DNA of 63,922 nt, filler included, from Olpidium bornovanus S191 (GCA_017911155.1; 34 parts of 34 records of this genome joined end to end with filler, not necessarily neighbours in it), one strand, 5' to 3'. Numbered from the whole stretch's first letter, positions 11,559-25,152 are shown. Notes: a model not told the origin generated them from the sequence alone. Program-made: numbers and translations.

Positions 11559-12085
11559 CGACGTCGACCGAGCGCGCCGCCGTGTTTCCCGTTCGCTTTC
11601 TCGGTCTGCACAGGGCGTTCGTGCCGGTGTGCGCGAGGCGCCCCAGTCACCCGAAAAGGCGCCAAAAACAATCACGTGACCAACCACCCAGCCGAAATGG
11701 GAACCCGGGTTGAACTCACCTTCCCAGTATAACGGGCGACATGGCCGACGAAGGACGAAGGTTAGTTGTAAACGGCGGTGCCGCCGTCGCACGCTTGTGC
11801 ATTGACCATTTGGAACCGAGTGGCCGTCGTTTACTGGAAATTACTTTCTCTTAACTCACCAAGAAAAATCCAAACTGCGATCTGTGCTTGGGGCCGTGGC
11901 CCGACGAAGCACGGTGTTTTGCGGGAACTGGGTGATATCCAAAAAAAGGGCAGGTCATACGCTTCTGGTAAAGTCGAGGGCCATGNNNNNNNNNNNNNNN
12001 NNNNNNNNNNNNNNNNNNNNNNNNNNNNNTTAATTAATTAANNNNNNNNNNNNNNNNNNNNNNNNNNNNNNNNNNNNNNNNNNNN

Positions 12086-14485
12086 CATGATCCGGACGGC
12101 CGGGTACATCTGCAGCGGCACCGAAAACACGATGGCGAACGAGTACAGCGCCTGGACGGCGCGCACCAGCGGGTCGGCCGCGGGCAGGTTGAGCAGGATC
12201 ACGGTCTGCACCTCGTCGCCGAACGCGGCGTAGCTCAGCGCCCCGACGCAGGTGAACAGGACGGTCACGGAGAGCGTCGTGAGGGCGAGCACTCTCGGGA
12301 ACTTGGCCGGGTCCTCCATCGAGTCCGCGATCGGAAGCACGAGGCCGATCCCCTCGAAGGTGAAGACGGCCGTCCCTATGAAGAGCGAAAAGTTGGCGTC
12401 GTTGAAGTTCCTCACCGGCGCCATTCCGGTGTTCGCCAGCACTTGGAAGTCCTGCGCAGCGAAAGCGAGAAAAAGCAAGCGTTTCAGCAAAAATTTGTTG
12501 ACCCAGCAACAGAGCGTATCGCCAATCTTTTTCTGTTTGTTCAACCGCTCCGCACATACGTAGGCGAATAGATAACCAAGGCCTAGCAGTATGAAGGTGT
12601 CCGCAACGAGGGCGAGAAAACCGAGGCTTTTGATTTTTCGGACCATGGACACTGGCATGCCGCAGGCGTTCCACGCCGCATCGAAGGGAGGAAAAATAGC
12701 ATCACCAGTCAGTGCGACAGCGTCAGACCGACTATGAGCTCCAGTCCAGCCACTTGCCCGCGAAGTGGCGTCGGATGCCGTACCGGGTATGTAAAGAAGG
12801 AGCTGGAACGTAATGAAATAGTATTGCGGAATGCGAACGCGACATTCGCTCAAGCTTCCAACTAGGTCGGACATGTTTTGCGCGACAAATATGAAGTAAG
12901 CGCAGCAAAAGCCAAGCTGATAAAAACGAAGTTGTCCGCGCGCGGTCGCTCGTTAGTTTCCGGCCTACCAGCGTGGCGCACGCTGGGTTTAGCTCCGACA
13001 GGGGGCTGCAGCCGCAGCTGTTCAAATCACACACCTGTGACATGACGATGCTGACAAGGACAATTTGCCTCATTTTAGGTCCATACAAAATGCCACCGAT
13101 GTTGCCAAAACTTCCTGGAACAACAGTACGGCATTCCACGAGCAGTAACATCCCGTGCAAACAAAGCGCGGAAATCACTGTAGCATATCGACGCACGTGA
13201 AATTAGACTGTCGGTTAACCTGCTGTGCACATAATCCCGCATTCGAAGTCCGAAACGGCGGTTTTCCCCTTACATGAGAGAAAAACGATTGAAAAAAGTA
13301 GCCCCCCGTTGAAGAATGCCCGCTGGCGTCGTCATGTAAACAACAAATAGCCACCTCAGATTCCGAAAAATGGGCGGCCACCGGCGGCGCGAAACCGGCC
13401 GTCCCGAAAACAACCAACCGGCAGGAAAAGAACGCCGGTCCCGACGAAACTCTTGAGCAAAAGAAAGACGGCTTTGCGTGCGCTCGCTGTGCCTCCGGGG
13501 TATTCGCTGCCGCCCGGGTGCCCAACGGACGGCACGAGCGGCGACCGTTCCGATAATACCCTCGGTGGTAACGGCGGAAGACCAGGCTCCGCGAACGGGA
13601 GGTATCCTTCTTCGCTAGCGTCCTCGTCGTCTTCGTCTTCGAGATAACCACCTTCACAGGCGTGCCAAAGGAACGCACTAAGCAGCGAGGTAGGAAAACG
13701 CCGGGTCGCCGATCCTGTTTCGGAGGTTCTTCTTACGCACCTGCGAAATGACCGTAGAGCGACAAGAAGTCCAGAAAGTCCTTGGTGACTACGGCCCGGG
13801 GTTTGACTCCGGATTTCGCCCGCGTTCGCACGAAGTGACGCCGGAACCCTCCAGGCACGGTTATGTCCGGCATCGTGGCAGAGGCGGAGGGGGGCGATCG
13901 GCCCAAAGACGACGGCAAGCGGGCCGGAGAGACGGAACCCGAGGACGGAACATCGGCCGAAGAAGGCCGGGAGTGCGCGCGGCCCGGGCTTGCGCCGTGG
14001 ATGTCGCCGTAGCTCTTGGAGCGCTTCCGGACGGACGCGTCCGCACCGTTCTCGACGAACTTGTAGATGTCGCGGACGACCTCGCCGCCCACACGCTGGT
14101 GCGATGTGGAGAAGACGGCGCCGCCGCCGCCCTCCCCCCTGCGCGCGGGACGAAGGTGCTGCTGTTCTTCGCGACGCTCCGCGGACGAGTCCGGGGCCGA
14201 CGACGACGATACTCCGGCGGCGTCCGGCACCACGGGGAAACTGAAGGCGTCATTCCCGCCGGGATCGTCGTCTGCCGTCGGGCTGCCGGGCGTGACCAGG
14301 TGGCGGGCCACCAGGATCTTCCGGGCAGAGTCCGGAACGCTCCTCGGGCGGCAAGGGCTCTGGTACGATGCATCCGGCGAGGAGGAGGAGGGCGCCCCCG
14401 AAAAGGTCGGGACGCCCGTTTCTGGCACAGGAGCGGGGCGCGGCTGCTGCCAAGGCTCGCGGTGAAGCTCGTTTCGATGCGGCAT
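12086..14485 (-). CDS. AVT3/AVT4: Vacuolar/lysosomal amino-acid transporter (AAAP, Avt3/Avt4-like), 3'-truncated
   Basis: N-terminal hallmarks GGEVVRDIYK, PGGFRRHF and DFLDFLSLYGHFAG. Transmembrane motifs LLKSFVGTG, SFGNIGGILYG, FIGTAVFTFEGIGLVLPI, YAAFGDEVQTVILLNLP and SVPLQMYPAVRIM. Confidence 0.93.
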
Positions 14486-14522
14486 TTTTTTTTTTCCTTT
14501 GTTTCCGCGTCTCCCTTTTTTT

Positions 14523-14563
<41 letters not shown>

Positions 14564-14894
14564 TTCACGACAACGGCGGACGGCGACGATGCGCTCCCGC
14601 GTCCGCGCACACCCCAGGAGGGAAAGACCCTCGCGCGGGGACGCCGAAAAGGCGGTCGGTCAGACGCTGCGCGAACGACCGCCGTCTGCAAACGCTGCCG
14701 TCGGGTGGCCGCGCAAGCGGTGGCGCGTGGCTGGGGCGTGTGGACGGCACATGCCGGTCGCGTGATCCGGCCCACGAAACGCACCGGGTGAGCGNNNNNN
14801 NNNNNNNNNNNNNNNNNNNNNNNNNNNNNNNNNNNNNNTTAATTAATTAANNNNNNNNNNNNNNNNNNNNNNNNNNNNNNNNNNNNNNNNNNNN

Positions 14895-16990
14895 GCGCGG
14901 AAGACGCGCTCGCCGGTCTCCAAACACTGCTGCGCAAGTCGTCCGGGGCGAACTGCCCGACGGTCGTATCCCAAGCAGGTGGGCTCAACATCTCCGTTTT
15001 GACTTCAAGCGCATGCGGGCGCCGCATCAGCGGCATTCATCTGACGCGGTGCGTGATCTGGGACGCGTTGAGGCTGTAGGGAAGGACCGGCAGTTCGAAT
15101 ACGCTTGGATCGAGCCGGCCAGATTTGCTGCCGGAGGCCGCATCGAGTCCGCGGCCCGATGCGGACGTCGCCTGTGGGCGGAGCGCGTTTCCGGCGGCGC
15201 TGCCGGCCACGCCGTCGAATGCACGGCGTTTCTGGCGAAAACGGTATCGCGTCGGCCGCGGCGGCCGGAACCCGAAACTGGCGCCAGCGGCATTAACGCC
15301 GCGCGTTTTTTTTTTTTTTGGTGCTCAGGTTTGCGATTCGTACCGGGCTCTTCACGACTGGCCTTCTCTCGAGTCCTTCCGCCGCGAGGTCGAAGCGGTC
15401 GCCGAGGCGTTTCCGAACGCCAAAGACGACATACTTGCCGCCGTTGGTAACGACAGCGCGCATCTCCAAGCGCTGTCCCTGTTCGAAGATGCGGCGTTCG
15501 ACGGCGAAACGGGAGCCGGTGGCGCGCAGTTCCACTGGGCCGACTATCCGGGCGCTTCCTGGAAAACGCCGGCCCTGGAATCCGCGGAGCTCCAGGCATC
15601 CCGTGGCGCGGCCGCCGCGCTGTCCGGATCATCCGGCCGGGCAGCGGCGGACTTCGCTGCAGCGCTGCGGACTCTGCGCAACGGCGCCGCGAACAAGGTC
15701 TACGTGGGGCAGCACGCGGGGCTCCTTCCGCTACTGGTAAACGCCCAGCTGGTCGCGGCGGCCGGTGATCCGGCTTCCGGCCGCCGTCTCTCGGAGCTGC
15801 TCGCGGGCGGCCGGGAGCGGCGCCGCCTGCGGATGCGAACCTGCTGCGACGACGTTTGCGTATGGGCCGCCGCGCATCGCGCGGCGGAGCACTACCAGGC
15901 CAAGGACGGCGACAGTCCCGACTCCGCGGGCGTCTTGACCGCCGTGCGGTGCATTCTCATCAGAACGCTTCGAAAAGCTGGCTGCAACGACAGCGCGAAG
16001 CTGCTGGTCGACAGCGCGCGCTGGCCCGGAGGGCGGCTGCCCTGGACCGCGGCGTACGAAGGCGCGAAGCTGACGGCGTCCGCCGAGGGAGCGACGTCGC
16101 GCACCGCGAACGCGCTGGTCGGTCTGGCCCTCTCGGCGCCCAGCGCGACAGACCAGCTCATCACCGCGATGCCCGCGGCGGAACTGAGGGCCTCGGTCTG
16201 CCTCAAAATATCCAAGCTGCTCGCCTCCGTCCCGGCCGACAGGGCGGAGGCCGCGCTCGTCGAGCCGATGGCGAAGCTGGCCGGGCTGCGCCCGGTCCTC
16301 CCGCCGGAAGAGGCCGGCCCCCCGCTGCTCTTCAGGGTCGACCTCCGCTCCGCCCCGCCGCCGCAGCCGAGCGCTGGGGCGGACGACCTGCGGCTTTTCG
16401 CCGAGCACGCCCTCCACTGCGCGGTGCGCCAGGCGCCGGCGTTCCACAAAGCCTGGTCGCGCTTCGGGTCGTATTTCTTCCGGAAGGGGTTCAAGCTCGT
16501 CGAGGACGCGGCCAAGGCGAAAACCTCCCGCCTGTGCGTCAAGAAGGTTCTCACCGTAATAGACACCTCGTTGCGCGGACTGTCCGCCGTCGACGCGCCT
16601 CATACTCGGCAGCGCATGGCGAAGGTGCGGCGTGGCGCCGGGTCTCGGGTTGGCCACCGCGTAAAAAAGCCCGATTTTTTGCGGTTCTCTCATCTTTTTC
16701 CTCCTCCTCCTCCTGCGGGGCAGGATATCGTGGCCGACTTCGCCCAGTACGTGAGCTCAAACGACCCTGCGGAACAGCTGAACTGGAGCGACCTGCTCCA
16801 GCAGCGAATGTCGCTCACGCCTCTGGCCGAGTCCGCCTGCTCCAGGCGACAGATCATCAGCGCGCTGAAGCAGATCCAAAGGGAGATCGTGGAAGCGTTC
16901 GAAGCTGCGGCGAGAGGCTTTTTCAACTTTCTGCATGTTGTCCAGCCGACCGAACCGAGGGTAACTTTCGGCAGGAGTGCCGTCGTTTTT

Positions 16991-17034
<44 letters not shown>

Positions 17035-17811
17035 AAGGGGGCTTACGATGCCGCGCGCCGTTGATCGTTTCCGCTTGTTTCACCAGGGAACGGACATTTG
17101 GCAAAAAGAACCCGACGCCGGCCGGCGCGCTCCCGACGCGGCGACGGAGCTCCGGCCGCCCCGGAGAAGAACGGATCCCGACGAGCCGTACACCGTGCCC
17201 AGCGCCCTGCGCCTCATCCGCCTCCTTTTCAAATACGGCGTGATGCTGAAGTCCACGCTGGAGGAAGGGTTCAGGGCCGTCCACGTCCGCCCGTTCGAAG
17301 CCATCATACCGCAGCTGTCCGCCCGCCTCTCGCATCCGGAGCCGTTCGTTCGCACCCAAGTCAGCCGGCTGCTGACCAGGATAGCGTCCACGGCTCCGCT
17401 GTCGATCATCCACTACGCGCTGGTGGGACCGGAGTCGGCCATGGCCACGGAAGAGACCCGGGCCGTGTTCGCGGTCATCCTCGCCCCCATTGCCGCCGGC
17501 AACCCCGAACTGGTCTCGGAGACCAGGCGGACGATAGCCGAGTTCAACCGCATGACCGTCCTGTGGGAGGAGATGTGGCTGAACATGATCATGCGGCTGC
17601 AGCCGGTCGCCGCCTCGCTGCTCCGGGAGGTCGGCGACCTGCTCGGCTCGAGCAAAGACGCGCCGGGCGCCGCCGGCGCGTACTCTTCCGTCATGCACCC
17701 GCTGGTCTCCGCCCTCCGGCCCCTCCTCGACGCGACGAGCGGCCCGTGCGCTTCGGATCACGAGCGCTGGTTCCAGAAGGAATTCGGCCCGCGGCTCGCG
17801 TCGGCGTTCGA
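14895..17811 (+). CDS. SMG1: SMG1-like PI3K-related kinase, internal HEAT/FAT to FRB-region fragment
   Basis: WIEPARFAAGGRIESAA, VCDSYRALHDW, HKAWSRFGSYFFRKG, ALRLIRLLFKYG..LEEGF...PFEAIIPQLSARLSHPEPFVRTQVSRLLTRIA and EFNRMTVLWEEMW parallel recalled SMG1 motifs (TLRLLRLLVKH, IIPQLFSRLNHPEVYVR, ELRRVTVLWDELW). The 912-aa ORF reads through several introns. Confidence 0.8.
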
Positions 17812-17962
17812 NNNNNNNNNNNNNNNNNNNNNNNNNNNNNNNNNNNNNNNNNNNNTTAATTAATTAANNNNNNNNNNNNNNNNNNNNNNNNNNNNNNNNN
17901 NNNNNNNNNNNCATGCGAGACTGAGCACCGGGGAAATGAACACCCCAAGCCTTCAGCGGCTG

Positions 17963-19088
17963 TCACTTTTTTTTTCTCCACCTCCTGCCCCCGGACGTCG
18001 GATTCACTGGCGGCGGAACAAAGATGGCGCCTTCCTGGATCTCGTTTCTCATTTGGCTGCTTTCGATGCGCTTCTCTGCCGACAGGAAGAACATTAGGTC
18101 GCGCACCTGCTCGTTGAGCTCGGCCGTCTGGGCTTCTTTGGCCGCGACTGCCGCTTTGAGTTGGTTCTGGTGCTCCAATAGGTTGGCGTTCATCTGAAGT
18201 GAGATTGGGGTAACCGGATAGAGGAACGATAGATTAGGCGAGTTAGCGCCAGCATTCGCGTGCCGCGGGGTTAAGTCTCGGCAATATCCAACGGGAGGTC
18301 CAACAACCGAGTTTCCAGCGCATAAAAAATCTAACAAACTGGGAAACGCGGCTCCTCAGAGCTGACAGGGAGCATCCGACCAAAAAAAAAAATCAAAGGG
18401 ATGAAAAATGAAGGAAGGAGTGATCCAAGACGATACGAACCTCTTTCTCCGCCTTCCAATCCTTTTCGAGCACATTCAGCTTTGTGTACAGCTTGTCGAG
18501 CTTCCGTTCCGCGCCTTTTTTCTCACGAGAAAGCCGGTCGTTCTCGTCCTCGAGCGCTCGGATACGGCGCAAGTTCTCCTCGTCTCTCTCGCGCGCCCGG
18601 GCCGCATCCGCCTCCAGGGCGGCACACCGGTTGAGCTGGGCGGTGAGTGAGGGCGCCTGCGTCGCCACGGACGTCAGCTGCGTTTCGTAGTAGAGCCGCT
18701 GCGACTCGAGCTGCGTCGTGAGAAGGTAGGTGTACTCTTCGCCGATGGAACTTAACTTCTCCTGCGCATTTTTTTTTTGGAAATCCGCACGATCGATCAG
18801 CAATGCTAGCAATCCTGCGGATCCGGTGCTGTCGTTCCACCGGCGTTTGGTTCACCTGCCGCCCTAGCCGGATTGTGTTCCCATCGTCGCTCGACAATTC
18901 AGGTCCTGGAAGCTCCACTAATTTGCCGTCTGCCTTATTTTGGATGAGCCGGTGTACGTACCTAAAGGCATGCCCAAGGGTTAACCCCGACGGCCCAGAC
19001 GGACAAGTCCAGTTTCCATTCCCACCGTCGCCAAAGGACATACTCACCCGTCACCCGCGTAATCCCACACCCTCTGCGTTTCGAGCTC
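17963..19088 (-). CDS. ETP1: BRAP/IMP (Etp1-like) RING/ZnF-UBP protein, C-terminal exons
   Basis: ELETQRVWDYAGDG|YVHRLIQNKADGKLVELP, EEYTYLLTTQLESQRLYYE and ELNEQVRDLMFFL. Stop at 17963-17965. Confidence 0.9.
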
Positions 19089-20582
19089 NNNNNNNNNNNN
19101 NNNNNNNNNNNNNNNNNNNNNNNNNNNNNNNNTTAATTAATTAANNNNNNNNNNNNNNNNNNNNNNNNNNNNNNNNNNNNNNNNNNNNACATGTCAGGGA
19201 TGTCGCGCGAACGATATTCAGTCTTGCTCGTATAAGTTACCGCTCCTCCCCCCATACAGAATAACAGGATCACACGTTGGCCGACTTCGTACTACGTTAA
19301 GTTATATGTTTTGATTTATAGCCGCAGAGAAAAATACAGTTCTAGCATAAGGGAGTAGAACTACATGTGAGAGCGAAGTGAAAAGAAAAATAGAGGAGGG
19401 AATAACTGACTGCAGCAAGAAAAAAAGTAATTTGAGTGGTAGATGACAAAATTGGTAAAGAAGATTCTGAATTTCGCGAAGTCTCCTGTGGTCACTTTCA
19501 CGAGTGACTTCCAGGCAGGAAATTTGCGAAAGCCACAATGATCCCTGCATCCATCGCATGCACCTCGGGAAGCGCAGCGGTTTGTTGTAGTGTGCTCTTT
19601 GTGGGGGGACTGCTCGGCGGAGAGATGCTGGAGGATCCGCCCCGCTTTTTGTTTGTTAGTCAATTGATGTCGTCCTCCCCTCCCTCCCTTCTCCACCCAT
19701 TCCCCTCCCCTTCGCCCCCGGCCCGGCCGCACGCGTCGGATCCGCGTTTCGAGTCTGGCCTGGCCCGGCCGGCCCTTGCCCTCGCGGCCGATTGTGTGCA
19801 CGTCGTTCATTCAAAACGCGTGCCATGTTTCATTACCCTTTTTTATTTTTTTCGTCTTACGTTTTAGGTTGTTGCCGTGACGACCCAACGGCCGTGTCTC
19901 CCACGTCGGCCAACGCGTCTAGACACGTCGCGCGCGTGAGAGCAAGGCCGGGGTTTGGCTCTCCCCTTCCCCCCCCCCTTCCCCCCTCCCCCCACCCGGC
20001 CTTTGCTGCCACACCCCCCTCCGCCCCAACACACCCTCTCCCCGTCCGTTCCCAAAAATCCGAAAAAGAAAAACGCACCATTCGAACACGTCTTGCACGT
20101 ACTCAACTCGACACGCCGTCCCTCCGCCTTAGAACGGCGTCATAGGTAAGCGAAAAAAAAAATATGGGGGATTGGGGAAGGGGAGACGGCGGCGGCGGCG
20201 GCGGCGGCGGTCCATCCCCGGGTCAAATTTTGGTCGAAACATTTGCGAGAAAACGAAGACATCTCCGGATCGGTTTTCCAAATCCCTTTTTTTCTTTTTT
20301 TTTTTTTTTTTTTTTTTTGGGGCTTCCATCCTCCTCGCCCCCCCCTTCCCCCCCCCCCCCGCCCCCCCCCCCACGGCGATTTGTCCTGCCCGCCAGCGAG
20401 AGATGGGGTCTGCCAGCAAAGGCGGGAACCCCAACGGAAAAGGCGCAGACGAGAACAGAGGGCGCATCAGAAAAGAGGTAAGNNNNNNNNNNNNNNNNNN
20501 NNNNNNNNNNNNNNNNNNNNNNNNNNTTAATTAATTAANNNNNNNNNNNNNNNNNNNNNNNNNNNNNNNNNNNNNNNNNNNN

Positions 20583-22607
20583 CCATGATCTCGTAGCACA
20601 GATTGTCATTTTCGCACTTCTTCCGGACCTTGGGATGGGGCCCAGGCAGCAAACGGCCTCGGGCGTCAGCCGCGATCGGGGGAAGGTTTGTTGTTTTTTT
20701 TTGCGAAGCCGCTTACGTCGTAGACGTTCTTGCCCGATTTTTGGAAGGGCGCCACGATTTTGTTGTTGCAGTACACTGCGCGAAGCGAGAACGGTCACGC
20801 GAGATTCGAAACAAGAAGGGGGGATGGGGGGGGGGGGCTACAGGAGGGGAGGAAAGCGCGGGTAATGTAGAAGAGACTATACCGGAAGCCGGCAGGCAGC
20901 TCAGGGCGGCGGGTTTGCCGTAGCACATCTTAATCAGGCGGGCGCACGTTTCGTACGCGCCCGTCATCAAGTCGCAATCCTTTTGCGAGACAAGCGGCCC
21001 GTAAGGGTTGTCGCAAGCTGGCACCAGCGTTCGACGTCAGCCTCGCGCACTCGTCGCCAAACGCCAAAAAATAACAAAATAAACAAAATAAACAAAATAA
21101 ACAAACAAACAAACAAACAAAAAATAAAATAACCAACACACCATACGGCATCAAAAAGTTAAAAATAAAAAAGCAATTACTAATTAGAGGAAAAACAAGG
21201 AAAAAAAGAAACGCGCACCGCCCGCCGTCCACATCACGAGGGAAGGAGGGGAAGAAAAGGCAATTATCCGGGCACCCGTACCGTATTCGCCGTAATACTT
21301 GTACTGCACCAGCGGGTCGGTCAAACCGTTGCCGATCGCGACGGACTTCAGCGACAACGGCAGCACATCCCGGCTTCCTCTCGTTACTTTCTCGTTTTTT
21401 TTGACGATCAGGCCTGCCAGTTGCGGGATGTAGTGCCTGCGGCCGTGGCGCGCGCGCACGCGGGGGGGGGGGGGGGGGGTTGGGGATTTGTGCCATTTTT
21501 TTTCGGTTTTTGAATGAAAAAGAAAAACCGGAACTGGCACGGAGAGAAGCCTTCGTTGTGGGACCAAACGGAATCGCCGTGGGCGCCTTGCTTACCCGGC
21601 GTAGGACTCGCCGGCGATGTGCAGGTCCAACTTGCTGTACTGCTCGAACTGACAAAAAACAGGGCAGAAAACGTCGAGCAGAGGGTGCGGGAGGCGCCGG
21701 GCCGTCAAGGTATATATACGTCAAATACGCGCGCCTGGCGTTGTTACGGCCCGATGGGCCTAGCTCCCAATTTCTTGACTCCCCCAGGAGGTGGTGCGGG
21801 GACGGTGTTTGTGTGAGGGGTAGCGGTCCGGTCAGCCTCACCTCGCGGTAAAACAGCTGGAAGAACGCATGCATGTCTTTCGCCGCCGACACGGAGGTTG
21901 CCGTCCCTTTTCCGTAGCTGAACCCCGCGCCGATCGGCTGGTCGACGACTGTTCAGGCAAAGGCGGGAGATGGCGAGAACAAGAAAAGTTTTTTTTTGTT
22001 TTGTTTTGATTCCGCGCGTCAGATTCTCCTGCACTTCTTTTCCCCCCTTCCCCCCCCCCACCCGCCGTCCCGTCTCCCTCCCCTTCCCCGTTTCCTCACA
22101 GAGCAAGTTGGTGTTGTTGTTCCACGAGTAATCGTTCCGGACGGTGTTGTTGCCTCCCTTTCCGACGCGGCACGGGCCGAGCTCGGTCAGCAGGCCGGTC
22201 ATCGAGGAGCATCCTGAAAAGGGGAAGAAAGAGCGAGAGGGGGAGAGCGAGAGAGGGAGAGAAAGAGAGAGAGAGGGAGGAGGGGGGGAGAGAGAGAGAA
22301 AAAGAGAGAGAGGGAGGAGGGGGGAGAGAGAGGGGGGGAGGAGGGGAGAGAAAGAGAGAGAAAGAGAAAGAGAGGGAGGGAGGGAGGAGGGAGGGACCCA
22401 GAAAAAGAGAGAGAAAAGAGAGTGAAGAGTGAGGTCCGTGAATTTGCAGGGCGGGCAAGGTCGCGGAGAAGCGGCGGATATCTCATCTCTGACAGCTCGC
22501 AGGGCGGCGCGAATCTCGTCTCCGATGTGCGCCGAGCCGTACCCGGGCCTCCGTTGAGCCACAAAACGAGCGGATCCGTCTCGGGCTTCGAGCGGGATTC
22601 GAAAAAC
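20583..22607 (-). CDS. Serine carboxypeptidase S10 (carboxypeptidase Y-like), internal exons
   Basis: FFESRSKPETDPLVLWLNGGPG|CSSMTGLLTELGPC, SWNNNTN, DQPIGAGFSY, catalytic HIAGESYAG|HYIP and IGNGLTDPLVQY. Confidence 0.93.
22221..22420. repeat. About 200-bp GA-rich polypurine tract in a carboxypeptidase intron
   Basis: Almost pure G/A sequence with (GA)n and GGAG units. Confidence 0.9.
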
Positions 22608-22935
22608 CTTTCGGAGAGGGCGACGTCCGCCGCGCGCGTCCCCCCCCCCCCCCCCCCCGCGGGGGCGCGCGTGCGCATAAGCGCCGGGGGGGCTGGGCGC
22701 CCGCCCCGGGGGGGGGAAAANNNNNNNNNNNNNNNNNNNNNNNNNNNNNNNNNNNNNNNNNNNNTTAATTAATTAANNNNNNNNNNNNNNNNNNNNNNNN
22801 NNNNNNNNNNNNNNNNNNNNCCATGAGCACCCATACATTCCGACCTGCTTAAGGAGCTCAAAGACTGGCTCGTGAAGCGTGGACTTTGAGCGAAAGATCC
22901 TGGAGAATAGTAGCGTCAGACTCAATTTTATGTGA

Positions 22936-23858
22936 CTGGGAACATTCTCCCTCAGGAAATTGTCCTTCCAGGTCGACGCCTCCTCATGCGACGCCTCGAG
23001 CTCGGCGAGGGCGGCCAAAGTCTCGTTGCGGAGCTGGCTGAATTCACTGAACTGCGCGGCGAGGGCTTTCGAATTGTGCAGGTTGAGGAACACCGCCGGG
23101 TGCTGCAGCGCGTTCGTGTACGCGCGGAACTCATCGATTGTGGACTCCTTGGTCAGGTTCATCGGTTGGGCAGTGACTTGCTGGAGGGGAAGCGGATCCG
23201 CGTCGATAGAAAGCTTCCGTGGTGACGTCGCTCCGCTGTGGAGGAGCTCGTCGTCGCTACTTATGACGTATGAGCGCGTCTCGGGATACACCCTACTCGA
23301 TGACCCTGGTCGGCTCGATTCTCTTCTCACCCGCCGCACGCCATTTACGATTTCCGCGTCCTGGATCTGCCGGGCTTTGCGAATCGCCTGGTTGCTGCTC
23401 TCGCCAAATGCGTCCTGCAGCGTCTCGCCTCCTGAGGAGGGTTGCGGCTGGCCCTGTTCGGCGATCGGCGGTATCGTCGACACTTCGCTCCGGTGCTCCA
23501 AACTCGAGTGCGACCCGCGCGCCAGCGACGAATGCCTCCTGGCAAATCCGCCCGGCGTCCCCAGAGTGTCCGTGACTTCTGCGCGCTCCGCTTCGCTCGG
23601 GACATCTCCGGGCGTCATCTTTTGGCCAGCCAGCCCTTTGCCTGAGCTCCCAGCTGACGACCTGCCCGCCCTTTCCCTCGCGGGCCCGCTATCCGCTCCA
23701 AAAGGTGGGGTGTCTTGAATCCTGGGCACGGCTGGCCTGTCCGACGGCAGGCCGCCGCTTTTGGCCGGCAGGCCGGCAAGTCCGCCCCCGCGCCCTCGGC
23801 TGGCGCCTCCGGCACCCGCTGGGCCCGGGATGCGGTTGGTGCGGGGCTTCTCTGCCAT
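22936..23858 (-). CDS. Hypothetical low-complexity Ser/Gly/Pro protein ending in a helical/coiled-coil segment
   Basis: Long open frame ending ESTIDEFRAYTNALQHPAVFLNL...ETLAALAELEASHEEASTWKDNFLRE. No family recognised. Confidence 0.4.
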
Positions 23859-25152
23859 CGGGGCACGGTTCGGGAGGCCGGCTCCGATCCGCTCTCACGC
23901 GCGAACTGTGCACGCGCGGGCGCCGGCGGCGGGAGCCCCAACCCCACGCGGGCACGGGGCGTCGGCCCGCCTGTGCCAGGTCCGCCGCCGGCCCGCTTTT
24001 TTTTTTCCCGTTCCGCGGCGGCGGCGACGAGGTGGCCCGCCGCCCTCCCCCGCACCACTCTCGTCCTCCGACCGTCGGCCGCGTTCGCCCTGTCCCGCCC
24101 CCGGTTCTCCCGTCCAGACTCGCCGGTTCCGTCCTTTTCGCCAGCCTCCTTATTCGACCGCGGTTGCCGGCACTGAAGATCTCTCTGCGCGCATATCATT
24201 CACTTCACACCTCCCCCGCGCCACCGTCATATCCTCAGGAAGTTCGCACTGTAAAAACTGGCTGGAGGTCTGACTCTCGCCCTTGGTCTTCGCGTGCGCG
24301 CACTCCGTCTCCGTCTTCCGGCCTTGCTTTCGAGACTGCATCTCTCCCCATCCCCTTCTCCGGAAAACCAATCAAGAAATAAAAGAAAACAGGAAGAACT
24401 TTCCGCATTATCGCCCGAACGCCAATCTTTTTGGCTCTTTCTTTTCTAAAATGTCTTTTTTAAAAAAGAAACCACTTTCCGAACGGACTTGCTAGGGGCA
24501 CCATTTCACAGGAGTGTGGCGTTCTACACGCCAACCATAGTGTATGGTACCACAATTGCCATAATTCCGCAGAGCTCTGCAAAAATTCCTTGAAGGAATT
24601 CTGCAACTCAAGACCCCCAGCCGATGCAGTGCATGCACGTGATATTCTACGTAGCCACAGTGTCCCCGGAGTTTTATGCCAAAGTTGGAAGCGGGAGGGT
24701 GGGAGGGGGAAGAGGGCGGTGGAAAATTCAGGAATGAGGAGTGGGAAACACTAATTTTTTTTATATCGTCACTGAACTTTCTCTATTCACCCACGTTGAT
24801 GCGCTGTGGGAGAGGCTCGTCTCTGTCAAGCTATACGCAGATTGCCACAGACAATTGGCTCTTACCCACTAATTGTGACCGCCTCTCTTCATAACGCCTC
24901 TTTCTTGGCATCCATCCCGAAATGCTGTGGCACCAGCTAGGTATTGTAAAGTAATCCACGGGATAAGTCATATTCTATCGAAGCAGACTACCTGACCAAT
25001 CCCACGCGGCTTGAACACAACGTCGTTCCTTCCAGGTCACAACGGCCATGCCNNNNNNNNNNNNNNNNNNNNNNNNNNNNNNNNNNNNNNNNNNNNTTAA
25101 TTAATTAANNNNNNNNNNNNNNNNNNNNNNNNNNNNNNNNNNNNNNNNNNNN

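Noticed and set aside
20402-20482. First exon MGSASKGGNPNGKGADENRGRIRKE followed by GTAAG
   Set aside because: It is a plausible gene start but too short to identify, and the contig ends.
22960-23718. 252-aa plus-strand ORF
   Set aside because: It is antisense to the longer minus-strand ORF and is Ser/Arg-rich, as expected of a shadow frame.
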